From: Octopus sinensis
Taxonomy: Eukaryota
Reading direction: 5' to 3'
NCBI RefSeq assembly: GCF_006345805.1
Contig: NC_043006.1
Location: 14,446,001-14,510,000 of the forward strand
DNA length: 64,000 nt
Part shown: positions 35,335 through 48,685 of the stretch, piece after piece
How positions within the stretch are numbered: position 1 is the stretch's first letter
Layout: the number at the start of each line of letters is the position of its first letter
Program-made: the position numbers and the translations under genes
Notes under the pieces: generated by a model
What the model was told of the DNA's origin: nothing
Seen by the model: the letters and a program-made list of their open reading frames with translations, nothing else
Database searches by the model: none

Positions 35335-35570
35335 TAAAGGCGGCGAGCTGGCAGAAACATTAGCACGCTGGGCGAAATGATTTGCGGCATTTCGTCTGCC
35401 GTTACGTTGTGAGTTCAAATTCTGCCGAGGTCAACTTTGCCTTTCATCCTTTTGGGGTCGATAAATTAAGTACCAGTTACGCACTGGGGTCGATGTAATC
35501 GACTTAATACCTATGTCTGTCCTTGTTTGTCCTCTCTGTGTTTAGCCCCTTGTGGGTAATAAAGAAATAG
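35335..35570 (+). mobile_element. Full-length SINE family B with 16-bp TSD
   Basis: TSD GTATTACTGGGCTTTT at 35319-35334 and 35571-35586. Confidence 0.92.
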
Positions 35571-35931
35571 GTATTACTGGGCTTTTGTTTGTTTATATTT
35601 TTTTATTGGATGTAAATGTAACGTCTGTCCAAATCACATATTTTGTGACAAATATAAATCTCACTTGTACACGTCCAGGCTTGTTAAAACAACGTAAGGA
35701 GTTTCCAACAGTTTAAACTTCCATAATATCTTAAGTAGGCAAGATCCTCGGATAACACAGCACAAAAGTAAGTTAGTGCTTTAAGCTTGTCAGGAATTAA
35801 ATCTTGATTAATCAGCTGAATGTTTTTTTTTAAATTTTGGTTTGTGTGTTAACAGTCCTCCCTTATTGGTCTTATGTGAATTTTATAGAGGGCTAGTTAT
35901 TGATCAGAGCTAATATATTTCCTGGTTATAC

Positions 35932-36328
35932 TCTCTACTCTTTTACTTGTTTCAGTCATTTGACTGGCTATGCTGGAGCACTGCCTTTAGTCGAGCAAAT
36001 CGACCCCAGGACTTATTCTTTGTAAGCCTAGTATTTATTCTATTGGTCTCTTTTGCAGAACCGCTAAGTTACAGGGATGTAAACACACCAGCATCGGTTG
36101 TCAAGCGATGTTGGGAGGACAAACACAAACATATACACACGTACATATATATATATACATATATACGACGGGCTTCTTTCAGTTTCTGTCTACCAAATCC
36201 AATCACAAGGCTTTCGTCAGCCCAAGGCTATAGTAGAAGACACCTGTCCAAGGTGCCACGTAGTGGAACTGAACCCGGAACCATGTGGTTGGTAAGCAAG
36301 CTACTTACCACACAGCCACTTCTACGCC
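35932..36328 (-). mobile_element. Full-length SINE family A
   Basis: Reverse complement of family A. Confidence 0.88.
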
Positions 36329-36894
36329 TTATAAGAAGAAAGTTAGTCTTTATGGTGGAGTTTTGACAACGTTTTATATATGGGGTTGCTATGACATCAT
36401 CGGATTCAGTTCCACTGCATGACACTTGGGCGAGTGTTTTCTACTTTAACCCTGAGCAGATCAACTAATGCCCAATACCTTGGAAGTGAATGTGGTAGAT
36501 GGAAACTGTGTAGAAGCCCATTGTGTGTGTGTGTGAATGTGTTTATATAACTTTGCGTTCATCCCCCAACACCACCACCACTTGACAACTTGTGTTGGCC
36601 TGTTTATATCCTTAGTGGTTTGACAAAATAGAACAGCTATGGATGTGTGTGTGTGTGGTGGGTTTCCACCAGAATAATAGCAATCAAAGGGGTCCATAGA
36701 TTAAAAATGGTTGGGAACCCCTGATCTAGATTAAATGTGTTGCAATCATTGCTAATACCATGTTTCTCTTCCCTAGTTATACTGTTGAAAGAATTTGAAA
36801 ACTTTGCTGAGGATCAATATCATTTCAGACACACTCTGTAGCATATATATGATATAGATAAATATAGATATAGCTGTAATATAGATATAGATAT

Positions 36895-38035
36895 CTCAAA
36901 ACTTTGTGGAAGTTTTGAAACATTTTAGTAGAGGTAATCATAACTGTCCCAGATTATTGTAATTTTATACATTACTAGCAGTATCACCCGGCGTTGCTCG
37001 GGTTTGTAAGGGAAATAACTATATAAGCATTTTTAGAGAGTTATAGCCAAAAAATAGCAAAAAAATGCATTAAAAATGGAAAAAAAATTGATGGTAAATT
37101 TTTTTTTAAATCGTTGACTCATCGTAGACATTTTAGAGAGTTACTTCCCTTATATAATAGCGAAAAAATGCATTAAAATGGAAAAAAAATGATGGTAAAT
37201 TTTTTTTTAAATCGTAGACTCATCGTAGACGCGCGCTAATACCCAGAAGGGCTCGATATGAATCACGACTATAAGATACCCGGTTTTGGTTAAACTGCAC
37301 CGCAAAATGTGGGAGTAGTTAGTAATCTAAATCGTAGGAGACAGACACACAACCTCTCTTTTATATATAAAGATTACCATACATCTAATAAGCTGCTATC
37401 TTTTGTTATTGCAGATTGAAGCAGATGGCTGCAACAGCACTTTGAACACATTCTACTAAATGCTGTTTGTCACAGGCAACTAGTTCGTAGAATGCAGTTG
37501 GGATAGGATGACAATTTGGAAACCCACTATGCAATAAAGTTTTGTGTTAATCTGGGTAAAGATGCTACAGAAGAAGCTTAAGAAATGCTCCAAGCTGCTT
37601 ATGGATTAATTTCATGAGCCAGCATTTGCTTTTTGCTGGCACACGAGGCCAATCGAAGCAATTCCACCAGGAAGCTCATTATGATCCCTCTTTTCAACAA
37701 CAGCAAGAGCATCCTCTGCATCCAGTGGGTTCCCTCTGGCTAGACAGTCAACAAGGAGTACTAGGTGAAGGTTTTGAGGGTATCCAGGAAGAGTTTTTAT
37801 CACAAAAGACCAGAGCACTTGCACCAGGAAAATGCACCTGTCCACAATTTCAGAGATGGGCATCAAAACTGTCCCTCACCCTCCCTGCAGTATAGATCTT
37901 GTTCGTTGTAACTTTTCATTGCTCCTCAAGCTGAAGGAAGTTGTGACAAGGGTCCTGGACACCTTCATGTTGGAGGACTTCCATGGGGCCTTCATGAGGT
38001 GGCTGTAGTGCTACAACAAGAGAATACCCTCCATC
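36895..38035 (+). pseudogene. Internally deleted mariner transposon remnant
   Basis: HYAIKFCVNLGKDATE, IQWVPSG*TVNKEY, HQENAPVH, IKTVPHPPCSIDL (cf. YSPDL) in broken frames; 5' limit approximate. Confidence 0.75.
36973..37374 (+). mobile_element. DINE-1/Helentron-like element inside the mariner remnant
   Basis: TACTAGCAGTATCACCCGGCGTTGCTCGGG start, TATATATAAAGAT end. Confidence 0.8.
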
Positions 38036-38036
38036 A

Positions 38037-38535
38037 GGCATTTGCCATATTCTGAACGCCTTACTTCCCTGGGCATGGATACATTGAAACTCCGATGTCT
38101 GGCAGCTGACTTGGCAGACACCCATAAAATTATTAACCATCTTACTAGCAATAACTCTGAGCACCTTTTCAAACTCCACCCGTCTAACACCCGTGGACAT
38201 GTTTACAAAGTCAGAAAACAGTACAATTCCCATGGCTTTCAGAAACATTTTTTCACGCTGAGGGTCGCTGAAGCATGGAACAAACTGCCAGCATCAGTTG
38301 TTAGTTGTCGGAGCACTGCATCCTTCAAAACTTCCATGCTTCCTGAGATTCGCCAACACTACACCTGATTTTCTCCCCTCCACACACACGCAAGCATGTA
38401 TCTGACTTATACACCGTTCACTTTCCAGACATTTGTACATTACTGCATATACTTTATACGCACTTTTGACAAGTTGTGGTGCACCTGAGCACTGTATACA
38501 ATAATTTCATTATTATTATTATTATTATTATTATT
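38037..38535 (+). mobile_element. CR1-like LINE 3' end with (ATT)n tail
   Basis: PYSERLTSLGMDTLKLR..WNKLP; homologous to 17270. Confidence 0.85.
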
Positions 38536-39088
38536 GAGTGAGAGAGCAGTTCATGCCATCAAAGTGACACTGGGGTAAAATATACGAAGCCCAATATACC
38601 CATCATGACTACCTGTCTGATAAAGGTACACCAGGCACATGCATCACAACCATATGTGCGCGACATGGTGATCTCATATCAAGATAAACAGCACATGACC
38701 TTGCAGGTGGGGCCCAGTTAGAATTTTCTTCAGGTTGAGTAGCCCATCCCACTCAAACGGTCCCTGAATAAGGGTTGTTTAAGGATGTTGAAAAAACCAC
38801 TCATGTTTCCAGAGGTGAATTATTCAAACCCCAAAGAATCCCTCTCAACACATGGCTATGATGCTCCCCCACTACTTCTGCTCGTGATCAGAGATGCACA
38901 TATCGTCAGCCACTAAGGGACATGCTCAACTGGTTAAGGTCAAACAACTGACAAGCAAATCTGTGGTATTGAGCAGAATATTTGCTGTAGCCCATCTTTT
39001 ATACCAAGACAAAACAATGTACATGATAACACTTCCAATCAGTTAAGATCAGAAGCCATGAGAGCCACTGCCTGGTACTGCATCAGGG

Positions 39089-39090
<2 letters not shown>
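38536..39090 (-). mobile_element. Second full 555-bp (TAA)n-inserted element
   Basis: Same ends as 25774-26328; sits in the (ATT)n tail of the CR1 fragment. Confidence 0.85.
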
Positions 39091-39122
<32 letters not shown>

Positions 39123-39123
39123 G

Positions 39124-39212
<89 letters not shown>

Positions 39213-39220
39213 CATTATTT
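39091..39220. repeat. (TAT)n microsatellite
   Basis: Direct inspection. Confidence 0.95.
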
Positions 39221-39542
39221 AACAAGTGAATTGAAGTCAGCTGATTCTACTTTGAAGGGGATTAGAGTTTTGTAGTTCATTGAAATCAATAACATTTCTC
39301 CTGAAAAAGTGTCAAAACTTTTGGAATGCACCTTATAATGCAGATAAATGACAAGGAAAATCTAGACAGGACAGATGACTACGTGTCAAGTGTGAACAAA
39401 GATAAATGTGGTTAGTCCTGTATGTATGTGTGTTTTATGATTTAGTCAACAGGAGAAAGGAAATGCCCACCACCTATTTGGAGAGTTTCAAAAGTTTAAG
39501 TAAAAATGCAAAAGTGATTTTCAAAGATGGCTTTTGCATCTT

Positions 39543-39995
39543 ACATCATCATCATCATCGTTTAACGTCCGCTTTCCATGCTAGCATGGGTTGGACGATT
39601 TCACAGAGGACTGGCGAACCAGATGGCTGCACCAGGCTCATGTCTTGATCTGGCAGAGTTTCTAGTGCTGGATGCCCTTCCTAATGCCAACCACTCCAAG
39701 AGTGTAGTGGATGCTTTTACGTGCCACTAGCATGAGGGCCAGTCAAGTGGTACTGGCAATGGCCATTCTCAAATGGTGTTTTTTACGTGCCACCTGCACA
39801 GGAGCTAGTCCAGCAGCACTGGCAACGATCACACTCGGATGGTGCTCTTAGCGCTCCACTAGCACGGATGCCAGTCATTGAATTTGATTTCGATTTCAAT
39901 TGCCTCAACAGGTCTTCGCAAGTAGAGTTTAGTGTCCGATGAAGGAAAGGTACACATAACTGGGCTGGTTACACCCCTGGCATAGGCCACGAGGC
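39543..39995 (-). mobile_element. RTE LINE 3' UTR copy
   Basis: (CAT)n-CGTTTAACGTCCGCTTTCCATGCTAGCATGGG is the reverse complement of the RTE tail. Confidence 0.85.
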
Positions 39996-40435
39996 ATCTC
40001 CATTGAAACATTGAAACCATTGTACACATCCCCAAGAAGCCTATGAAACATGTTTTTAGTTTTGATGATGACAACGATGATGATGATGATGATGATGATG
40101 ATTGATCCCTAGCTGGTGACAGGAGTTGGGAGACTGTGTTCTCAACCAATATATTGTGGGTGCTGCTGGATGCTGAACTCTAATGATGATATTATTCAAC
40201 ACTTTCTGATCCATGACGCTGGCCTTAGCATGCTCAAGGTCAAGGAACTGTGACCCCCAGGTCTCCCTCAATTTGTTTCACTCGTGTCTTCTTTGCACTG
40301 CCACCACAAAAGTTCATAGTTTTACATAGAAAATGGAATGTCATCATCATCACCCCTACTACCACCACAACCATCATCATCATCATTGTTTTTATCCTTG
40401 TTATGGCCTCAGTTACTCCCATCCATTCTTCTTCT

Positions 40436-40741
40436 GTGGAGGCACATGGCCTAGTGGTTAGAGCAGTGGACTCATGATTGAGGGATCATGGGTTCGAATC
40501 TCAGACCGGGTGATGTGTGTGTTTATGAGCGAAACACCTAAGCTCCACGCGGCTCCAGCAGAAGGCAATGGCGAACTTCTGCTGACTCTTTCACCACAAC
40601 TTTCTCTCACTCTTTCCTCCTGCATCTTGCAGCTCACCTGCAACAGACCAGCGTCCCATCCTGGTGGGGAACCTATACGCTAAGAAACCGGGAAACTGGC
40701 CCTTATGAGCTAGACATGGCTTGAGAAGGAACAAACAAACA
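40436..40741 (+). mobile_element. SINE family C, third tail type
   Basis: tRNA-like head; ATCCATTCTT flanks both ends. Confidence 0.9.
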
Positions 40742-41199
40742 ATCCATTCTTCTGTAATATGAATAGCCATGTAACTCCTTTTCAGCAAAAACTTGTTCTG
40801 TTCTGGTCTCTTCTTTCATACTTTAAGCCTCTCACCTCCTAGCATAAAGGTACCTTCCTCTCTACTGCAGCCCCACTCAGTCAAAGGGAACCTTAGTTTC
40901 GGGAGTTTTATGGTGACCTCACTGGTGCTGGTGCTATGGAAAAAGTACCCAGTACATTGCTGTAAAGTGGATGGCTTTCAGAAGGGCATCCAGCTGTAGA
41001 CACCATGCTTAAGCGGACACTGGAACATGATGTAGTCCTCAGATTCATTGGTCAGCATGAAAGATGGACATTAAATGATGATGATGATGATGATGAATTG
41101 TGAATGTCAATCAATCTTTGATTTTTGTCTCTATCTCTTTCTTTCCCACACACACACACTTTGTTTCTCTGTAATATACTCTCTTTCTCATGCACACAC

Positions 41200-41229
41200 A
41201 CACGTTCTCTCTTTCTCTTTCTCTCTCTT

Positions 41230-41277
<48 letters not shown>

Positions 41278-41356
41278 TTACTCATATTCTCTTTCTCTCT
41301 CACATGCATTTTCTCTTATATACACATTCCCACATAGCCACACACACACACACTCT

Positions 41357-41410
<54 letters not shown>
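41200..41410. repeat. (CT)n/(CA)n compound microsatellite
   Basis: Direct inspection. Confidence 0.9.
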
Positions 41411-41413
<3 letters not shown>

Positions 41414-42020
41414 TTCCTTATCACAACCATCATACGCTAAGCAGATGTTTTCACTTCATTTCTCTTTGGTGTATTCATGTAAAAGCTATGGCACTTGTCC
41501 AAGAGTTGGGCCTCTGTACTCTTATTAGAAAATCTCATTATGTTTGTAAATGTGAATTCTGTAACCCATAGGGTAATGTAGTCCTACAAACCCTAAAAAA
41601 TACAGAGTTTGTTTTTATTTTGTCACAGGCCTGCTTGATTAAGTTGGCTTAGGCCTCAATAATGACAACTCAATAATGACAACATACAGAATGCAGCAAA
41701 AAACCCCTCAAATCCACCCATTCTTGATAAAAGTTTCAACAGCAAATGACCAGTACACTGCTAATTGTAAAACGAATGGTAAAACATTAGCTACATGAAG
41801 ATTTTGTTGTCCCCTGATTAACTTTACTGGCACCACATAAATGACTGTGTAAAATACAGGAGGTTTTTCCACCACATCTTGCATAGTACCATATATTGTG
41901 CTCCTGTGAGATCACAACACTGCTAGGGGCCACTACCATACAAATTCAAAACTACTCTTCTATACTGCTAGAGAAAAAAAAATTACTGACCTCTGACTGA
42001 AAATTAAATGAATACCTATT

Positions 42021-42248
42021 TCTTTACTATCCACAAGCGGCTAAACACAGAGAGGACAAACAAGGATAGACAAATGGATCAGGTCGATTATATCGACCCC
42101 AGTGCGTAACTGGTACTTAATTTATCGATCTCGAAAGGATGAAAGGCAAAGTGGACCTCGGTGGAATTTGAACTCAGAATGTAGTGGCAGACGAAATACT
42201 GCTAAGCATTTCGCCCAGTATGCTAACGTTTCTGCCAGCTCGCCACCT
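42021..42248 (-). mobile_element. SINE family B with TSD
   Basis: TTAAATGAATACCTATT at both flanks. Confidence 0.88.
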
Positions 42249-42264
42249 TTAAATGAATACCTAT

Positions 42265-42684
42265 TGAGTCAAGTACATCAACATCAAAATATCAAATGGA
42301 AATTATTGTTGTGATACCTGTGCCGGTGGCATGTAAAAAGCACCATCCAAACGTGGCTGATGCCAGCGCTGCCTTGACTGGCTTCCGTGCCGGTGGCACA
42401 TAAAAAGCACCATCCAATTGTGGCTGTTTCCAGCCTCCCTTGGTACCTGTGCCAATGGCACGTAAAAAGCACCAACCGATCGTGGCCGTTGCCAGCCTCC
42501 CTTGGCACCTGTGCTGGTGGCATGTAAAAAGCACCCACTATACTCACGGAGTGGTTGGCGTTAGGAAGGGCATCCAGCTGTAGAAATACTGCCAGATCAG
42601 ACTGGAGCCTGGTGTAGCCTCCTGGCTTCCCAGACCCCAATCGAACTGTCCAACCCATGCCAGCATGGAAAACGGACGTTAAAC

Positions 42685-42719
<35 letters not shown>

Positions 42720-42720
42720 C
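42265..42720 (+). mobile_element. RTE LINE 3' UTR copy
   Basis: Matches 1430-1880 and 60340-60690; (GAT)n tail. Confidence 0.88.
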
Positions 42721-43480
42721 TAATCTATACATATTTATTATGCTAATAAAGTTAGTGTCTACCCTTTACTTTCCATGAGGGAATAAATTAACACTGTTCT
42801 GAGTAGCTTTGTTATTTTACAGTTGCAGTTCATATCATTGATGCTGAACATGCTCTATTGAAGCTAATAAATTGTTCTGTAAAAACGTACTTCCCAGGGA
42901 AATTTCATCAATTAAGCTTACATACAAATGTTAATTTATGCATTCTTATATATTTTTATGCATTACTGGATGTTCTAGCACCATGTCAATGTTTTTTTTT
43001 TGTTTGTTTCTTACTTTTTGGTCTTCATTTAGGAAGTGCTTACCGAAAAGTCTTTTTATCTTTAACTTGTTAAGTCATCGAGTATGGCCATGCTGGGGCA
43101 CCTTGAAGGATAGAGTGAAACAAATGCATACACCCACACCTTACAAACTTTTTTTTTTCAAGCTTGGAACTTGTCCTATCAATTCTTTTGCTAAACCACT
43201 GTGTTATGGGGATATGAGAAAAGCCGACACTAGTGCAGGCTGGGGGCAAACACTAAGACACACTCACACATAAACACACACATATACATATATACATACA
43301 CCCACAGACATGTGTGTGTATACATATATATGTGTGTGTGTATGTATATATATATATTATATTCATATACACGTATATGTGTATATATATGTTTATGTAT
43401 GTATATATATATATATATTAAATTGTGCGTGTATTTTGTTTCATATATATATATTTATATTTTTATGATTGTACTTTATA

Positions 43481-43611
43481 ATCTCTGACAAGGTCTAGGG
43501 ATATATATATAAGTACCTCATTTTCAACTGCCTACCACCTCAATACACTTGACTTATATAGGCACAATGAGTTACTATTATCTATAGGCTGAAACAGCTG
43601 TAAGTGATTTT
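43481..43611 (+). ncRNA. Type I hammerhead motif with large stem-II insertion (core G8>A)
   Basis: CTGACAA-GGTC..~90 nt..GGCT-GAAAC-AGCT-GTA-AGTGATTTT; homologous to 62296-62419. Confidence 0.5.
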
Positions 43612-43940
43612 AATAATTTATATTCATGTTTTTTAATAACTACTTGTATTCTTATCTTATATGCATTGAATATAGTTTAAAATTTTTTTTTGTGTGTGTG
43701 TGGCTGTGTGGTAAGAATTTTACTTCCCAACCACATGGTTCCAGGTTCAGTCCCATTGCATGGAATCATGGGCAAGTGTCAACTATAACCACGGTTTGAC
43801 CAAAGTCTTGTCTGTGGATTTGGTAGATGGAAACTGAAAGAAGCCCAAATAAAGGTAAAAGTACATATGCAAATAAAGATACAAATATAATGAACAGCCT
43901 ACAAGAAAGGGTATATACAATCAACTACAAATAAGTAATG

Positions 43941-44020
43941 AAAAGGGATTACTAAAGCGTGTCAGGCGAGTAAAAAACTTCTACTTTTTACTCACCTGAC
44001 ACGCTTTAGTAATCCCTTTT
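43941..44020. repeat. 80-nt hairpin, 36-bp stem with one mismatch and an 8-nt loop
   Basis: AAAAGGGATTACTAAAGCGTGTCAGGCGAGTAAAAA and its near-perfect reverse complement. Confidence 0.95.
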
Positions 44021-44176
44021 TAAACTAAAACAAAAAAATTCCCCTCTGATTCATTTTATGGGTACAACCAATCAACACTCAGAAACGAATATGGTGTGGT
44101 CGCATGTACCATACTTTCAAAGTTGTTTTAGATATTTATGTTACTACGAGTAGATATAGGCACCCTCTTGTCTCCC

Positions 44177-44189
44177 TGACCTTTGACCC
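44177..44189. promoter_or_regulatory. Perfect DR1 nuclear-receptor motif
   Basis: TGACCT-T-TGACCC (minus GGGTCA-A-AGGTCA). Confidence 0.2.
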
Positions 44190-44298
44190 AGTGAAATATA
44201 CTGCATGTGATAGATAGCAGGAGAAAGGACTGCACAAGCATCCATTTGGTATTCATTATAGCTGAATAGACTGAAGTCACATGCTGAAGGACACAATA

Positions 44299-44461
44299 GG
44301 TGCAGGAGTGGCTGTGTGGTAAGTAGCTTGTTTACCAACCACATGGTTCCGGGTTCAGTCCCACTGCGTGGCACCTTGGGCAAGTGTCTTCTACTATAGC
44401 CTTGGGCCGACCAAGCCTTGTGAGTGGATTTGGTAGACGGAAACTGAAAGAGCCTGTCGTA

Positions 44462-44513
<52 letters not shown>

Positions 44514-44724
44514 TGTGTATGTTTGTGTGTCTGTGTGTGTCCCCTAGCATTGCTTGACAACCGATGCTGGTGTGTTTATGTCCCCGTTACTTAGCGGTTC
44601 GGCAAAAGAGACCGATAGAATAAGTACTGGGCTTACAAAAGAATAAGTCCCGGGGTCGAGTTGCTCGATTAAAGGCGGTGCTGCAGCATGGCCGCAGTCA
44701 AATGACTGAAACAAGTAAAAGAGT
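44299..44724 (+). mobile_element. Full-length SINE family A
   Basis: As for 4145. Confidence 0.9.
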
Positions 44725-45296
44725 AATGTACTTCTTCGTCAAGCAATTGAACCCACTGTATAATTCTTAGGAGCCAAACACTTTTACTCTTAGTCCGTGT
44801 TTCTTGTAATGATTGTTTGGTCTACTTTAGTGTCTGAATATTAATAGGTGTTGTCCCTGAGGTGTTAAATATCAACCAATAAATTTTAAATATTGCAAAA
44901 AACCCAAATGAAAATCGCTAGAAAAATGGTTTAGAAATTCTATGAAAAGAGCAAACTTTTTTGTATTGGTCTGAACAAATATGTTATGATTTTGAAATAT
45001 TAATTCATTATTCTAAAAGCATATTATGTTCTTGGCTTAAATATCAACAAAGAAATAAATCTGTTAAGTTATTGGTTCACATTTTTGTAAACTCTGGCAA
45101 TAAACGTTCCATTTCTTTTATTAACAGACAAAATGTTTAATTCCAAACGGTTATCAATATTTCTTCTCAAAGCATTTTAAGTAACAATACAAGGACAATT
45201 ATATAACATGGTTAGACTTTTTGGTATTGTCCACAGGTTGGGCGATGAAAAAGAAATTTTAGAAACATTACAGCATACAGTTTTTTTGAGTTGACA

Positions 45297-45531
45297 TTAA
45301 CCCTACCGTTACTGTATTTATTTTGAGATGTTCTGAGTTTCTTTCAATTATTTTAAATATAACAAAGAATTTAATAAATTAACTTCGTTATCATTAAGCT
45401 AGTGTTAGGAACATAAATTTTAACTAAGATTTGGTGAAAGATTTGAATTCAAAACTTATGAAAACAAGACATTTATACTAAAGAGCCAGAGCCAGAGCAG
45501 GTTTCAGTCGGGTTGGTAACGAAAGGGTTAA
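45297..45531. mobile_element. piggyBac-like MITE
   Basis: TTAA|CCCTACCGTTAC ... GTAACGAAAGGG|TTAA. Confidence 0.75.
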
Positions 45532-46189
45532 GAGTCTTGGTCAAACACAAAACAAGGAATATTTTTTATTTATATGTTTCTAATGGAAACATACGTATCT
45601 GATTAATATTTTCTATCTTTTACCATTTTCTTGTTTCAGTCATTAGACTGCAGCCATGCTGGGGTTCCACCTTAATGAATCTTAGTTGACTAAATCAAAC
45701 CCAGTACTTAATTTTTTTTCTTTATGGTTGATACTTATTCTATTGGTCTCTTTTGCTGAACTGCTAAGTTATGGTTATGTAAAACCCACCAACACTATTT
45801 GTTGAGTGGTGACAAATTTTTGTGCAATATGAGGATAATATCCTATTCACACTGATCATGCATTATTCTGTGCTTGAGAATAAATTATATCTGTATATTT
45901 CAATATATCTCAACAATTCCTACAAAGCAAACATTTTTTACATATATCATAATTTGAATTTCACATACAGTGTCTATAAAAATCTAAGTTTATAAGTTCA
46001 AAAATTGCAGAAAAATTTGTGAGTGGGCAGTTTAGTTTAAAGGTAAAGCACTTGACCAGCAATGGTAGAGATGTGAGTTGGAATTTCGTGGCTGGCTGCT
46101 GACAAATTTTTCTGCAATATAAGGATAATATTGTATTCACGCTGTTCATGCATTTTTCAGCGCTTGAGAATAAATTATCTCCATATCTG

Positions 46190-46473
46190 TTTCGAGCATG
46201 ATCGTTACCAACGTCGCCTTACTGGCACTTGTGCCGGTGGCATGTATACAAAGATTTGAGCGAGGTCATTGCCAGTACCGCCGGACTGGCCCCTGTGCCG
46301 GTGGCACATAAAAAGCACCTACTACACTCTTGGAGTCGTTGGTGTTAAGAAGGGCATCCAGCTGTAGAAACTCTGCCAGATCAAGATTGGAGCCTGGTGC
46401 AGCCATCTGGTTTGCCAGCCCTCAGTCAAAATCGTCCAACCCATGCTAGCATGGAAAGCAGACGTTAAACAAC

Positions 46474-46568
<95 letters not shown>

Positions 46569-46578
46569 TGATGATGAT
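46190..46578 (+). mobile_element. RTE 3' UTR copy with expanded (GAT)n(GAC)n tail
   Basis: GGAAAGCAGACGTTAAAC then triplet repeats. Confidence 0.85.
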
Positions 46579-46618
46579 CCCAGCACTACCCACAAGGCAA
46601 ACTTTGTTTACATATATA

Positions 46619-46880
46619 TGTAGGACTTCATTTGGCCCTGCCTGTCTGAGATTTGAAACCGAATCCACAAGTGACAAACACACCAACACATTGTCATTGT
46701 CAACTATGTACAATTACTACTATTTTGACTTACTAATTACTTGCCAGCAAATAAATCTGTAAATAATATTCTTTTCCCTTCAATGTTCTTCATCACTTGG
46801 TATCTCCGATGTGAGACCATTACATTTCACGCTACAACTGGAATTGTTACATTTTTTCTGCTACAACTGGTGACCCGAAG
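46619..46880 (+). mobile_element. Putative LTR (TG..CA, 46619-46865) followed by a tRNA-Trp-like primer-binding site
   Basis: TGTAGG...GCTACA-AC-TGGTGACCCGAAG; homologous to 49073. Confidence 0.55.
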
Positions 46881-47500
46881 ACAAGAACAACAAACAGCCT
46901 TTCCATCATGCCCATCACATTTGGTGACTCTGAAGACAAGAACAACAGCCCTTCACTACAAACAACTTACTCTTCGACAGTTGCAAAACCCAAAGAAAAA
47001 GAACTTGTTGACACTATGGAAGCCTGCATCTTGTTTTTAACCTGCCAAAGAGTGCATTACACTGCAATGCATTTTACTGCAATGCACAAAATGACCAGAG
47101 AACCTCTGACATTGATAAATGCAATGTTTTCGACAGCCACATACTTTTCATCTCAATTCCTGAACTACAAATCCTGCATTTTTTCGGCATTCTCCGACCT
47201 TTTGTGCATATATAAACTCTCACATAGACTCTTAACAACTCTTTTTCTTTGCATGCACCTCTTCTTATTGTCCAGCAATAGACTTTTAGCTAAGGACACT
47301 CCTCTAAATCAAGTTTGTAATGCTTTATTTCGTTTCTTTATTTGTGTCTATTTTGTTCTGTTTACTATGTTGTCTGCACTGCAACCTTTCGTTTGTTTAC
47401 TTTGTTAGCATGTTATAAACCACAACACAATTATATTTCAATTTCATTCCATGAATTCCATGAAGACAACAAATTTATATGCATCCATATTTTTATAATA

Positions 47501-47900
47501 TACTAGCAGTATCGATCGGCGTTGCTCGGTTTTTAAGGGAAATAACTATATAAGCATTTTTAGAGATGTAAAGTATAATAGCCATCTCAATATGGCTAAC
47601 CACAAAGGTGAGGGGTGTTACTGTAGCTTTTTACGTTCTGAGATTTAATAATAAATTTTTAGAGAGTTACTTCCCTTATATATGCCAAAAATGCATTAAA
47701 AATAGGAAACATTGATGGTAAATTTTTTTTTAAATCGTAGACTCATCGTAGATGCGCGCTAATACTCAGAAGGGCTCGATATGAATCATGACTATAAGAT
47801 ACCCGGTTTTGGTTAAACTGCACCGCAAAATGTGGGAGTAGTTAGGAATCTAAATCGTAGGAGACAGACAGCACACAACCTTACTTTTATATATATAGAT
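47501..47900 (+). mobile_element. DINE-1/Helentron-like element
   Basis: Same termini and body as 15787-16178. Confidence 0.8.
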
Positions 47901-48685
47901 TTTTCTCATTGGCCACTTGCATTGCACATTTCCTGCCTGGTTTTTTTTAATGTTTGCACACACCCATTGATGCACTATTCTATCTTTTTTGTTTTGTTTT
48001 TTTGGAAAAAATAAATTCAACATTCATACACACATGCCTGCACCCATTTTCACACATGCACCACAATATTGTGCCTTTATTGGCTTGTTTTCATCATGTC
48101 TATGCCTGCTCAGCCCTTTTTCCCAACTCGATACATGTCAGATGTCTCATGCTCCCTACACCCTTCTTATAGACACAACTTACCTCTGCTAGACCCCAGA
48201 TTTGGTCACAGAATAAATAGAGAGAGTTGCCCCTCTTTTGCAATGCACCAGCGTACCACACTTCGTCGTTTTTGCTAACCTCAGCAAATGCCCACAACTA
48301 CAGTGCCAGACACATTTCACCTCTGCACCACTTTCAAGACATTTCACACTGCATGCACCCCTGCCTGAAAAACTCTACCCCATATCATGGATTGAGAATG
48401 CACTCACTCACTCACCTCAGCTTATTCTGCAGCTGCATGCTCTATTGCTCGTGTATACACACTCACATGCAAGCTCACTCATGCTGCCTCAGTCATGCAA
48501 AGACTGCACATTCTGTATGCAAAGTGACACTACACTATTCAGACTCACTCAAATCATGCAAAGCGACACTGCACTATTCAGACTCACTGGAATAGATACC
48601 TGTCCCCTATACATTCCCATGATTCTCTCTCCTGATATGCACAACTTTTTTTCACAGCCTTGCATCACATTCATCTACAACAAAA

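Noticed and set aside
45817-46190. ~80-bp direct repeats 288 bp apart (TRIM-like)
   Set aside because: No TG..CA termini, PBS or PPT visible, and one copy is cut by an RTE tail.
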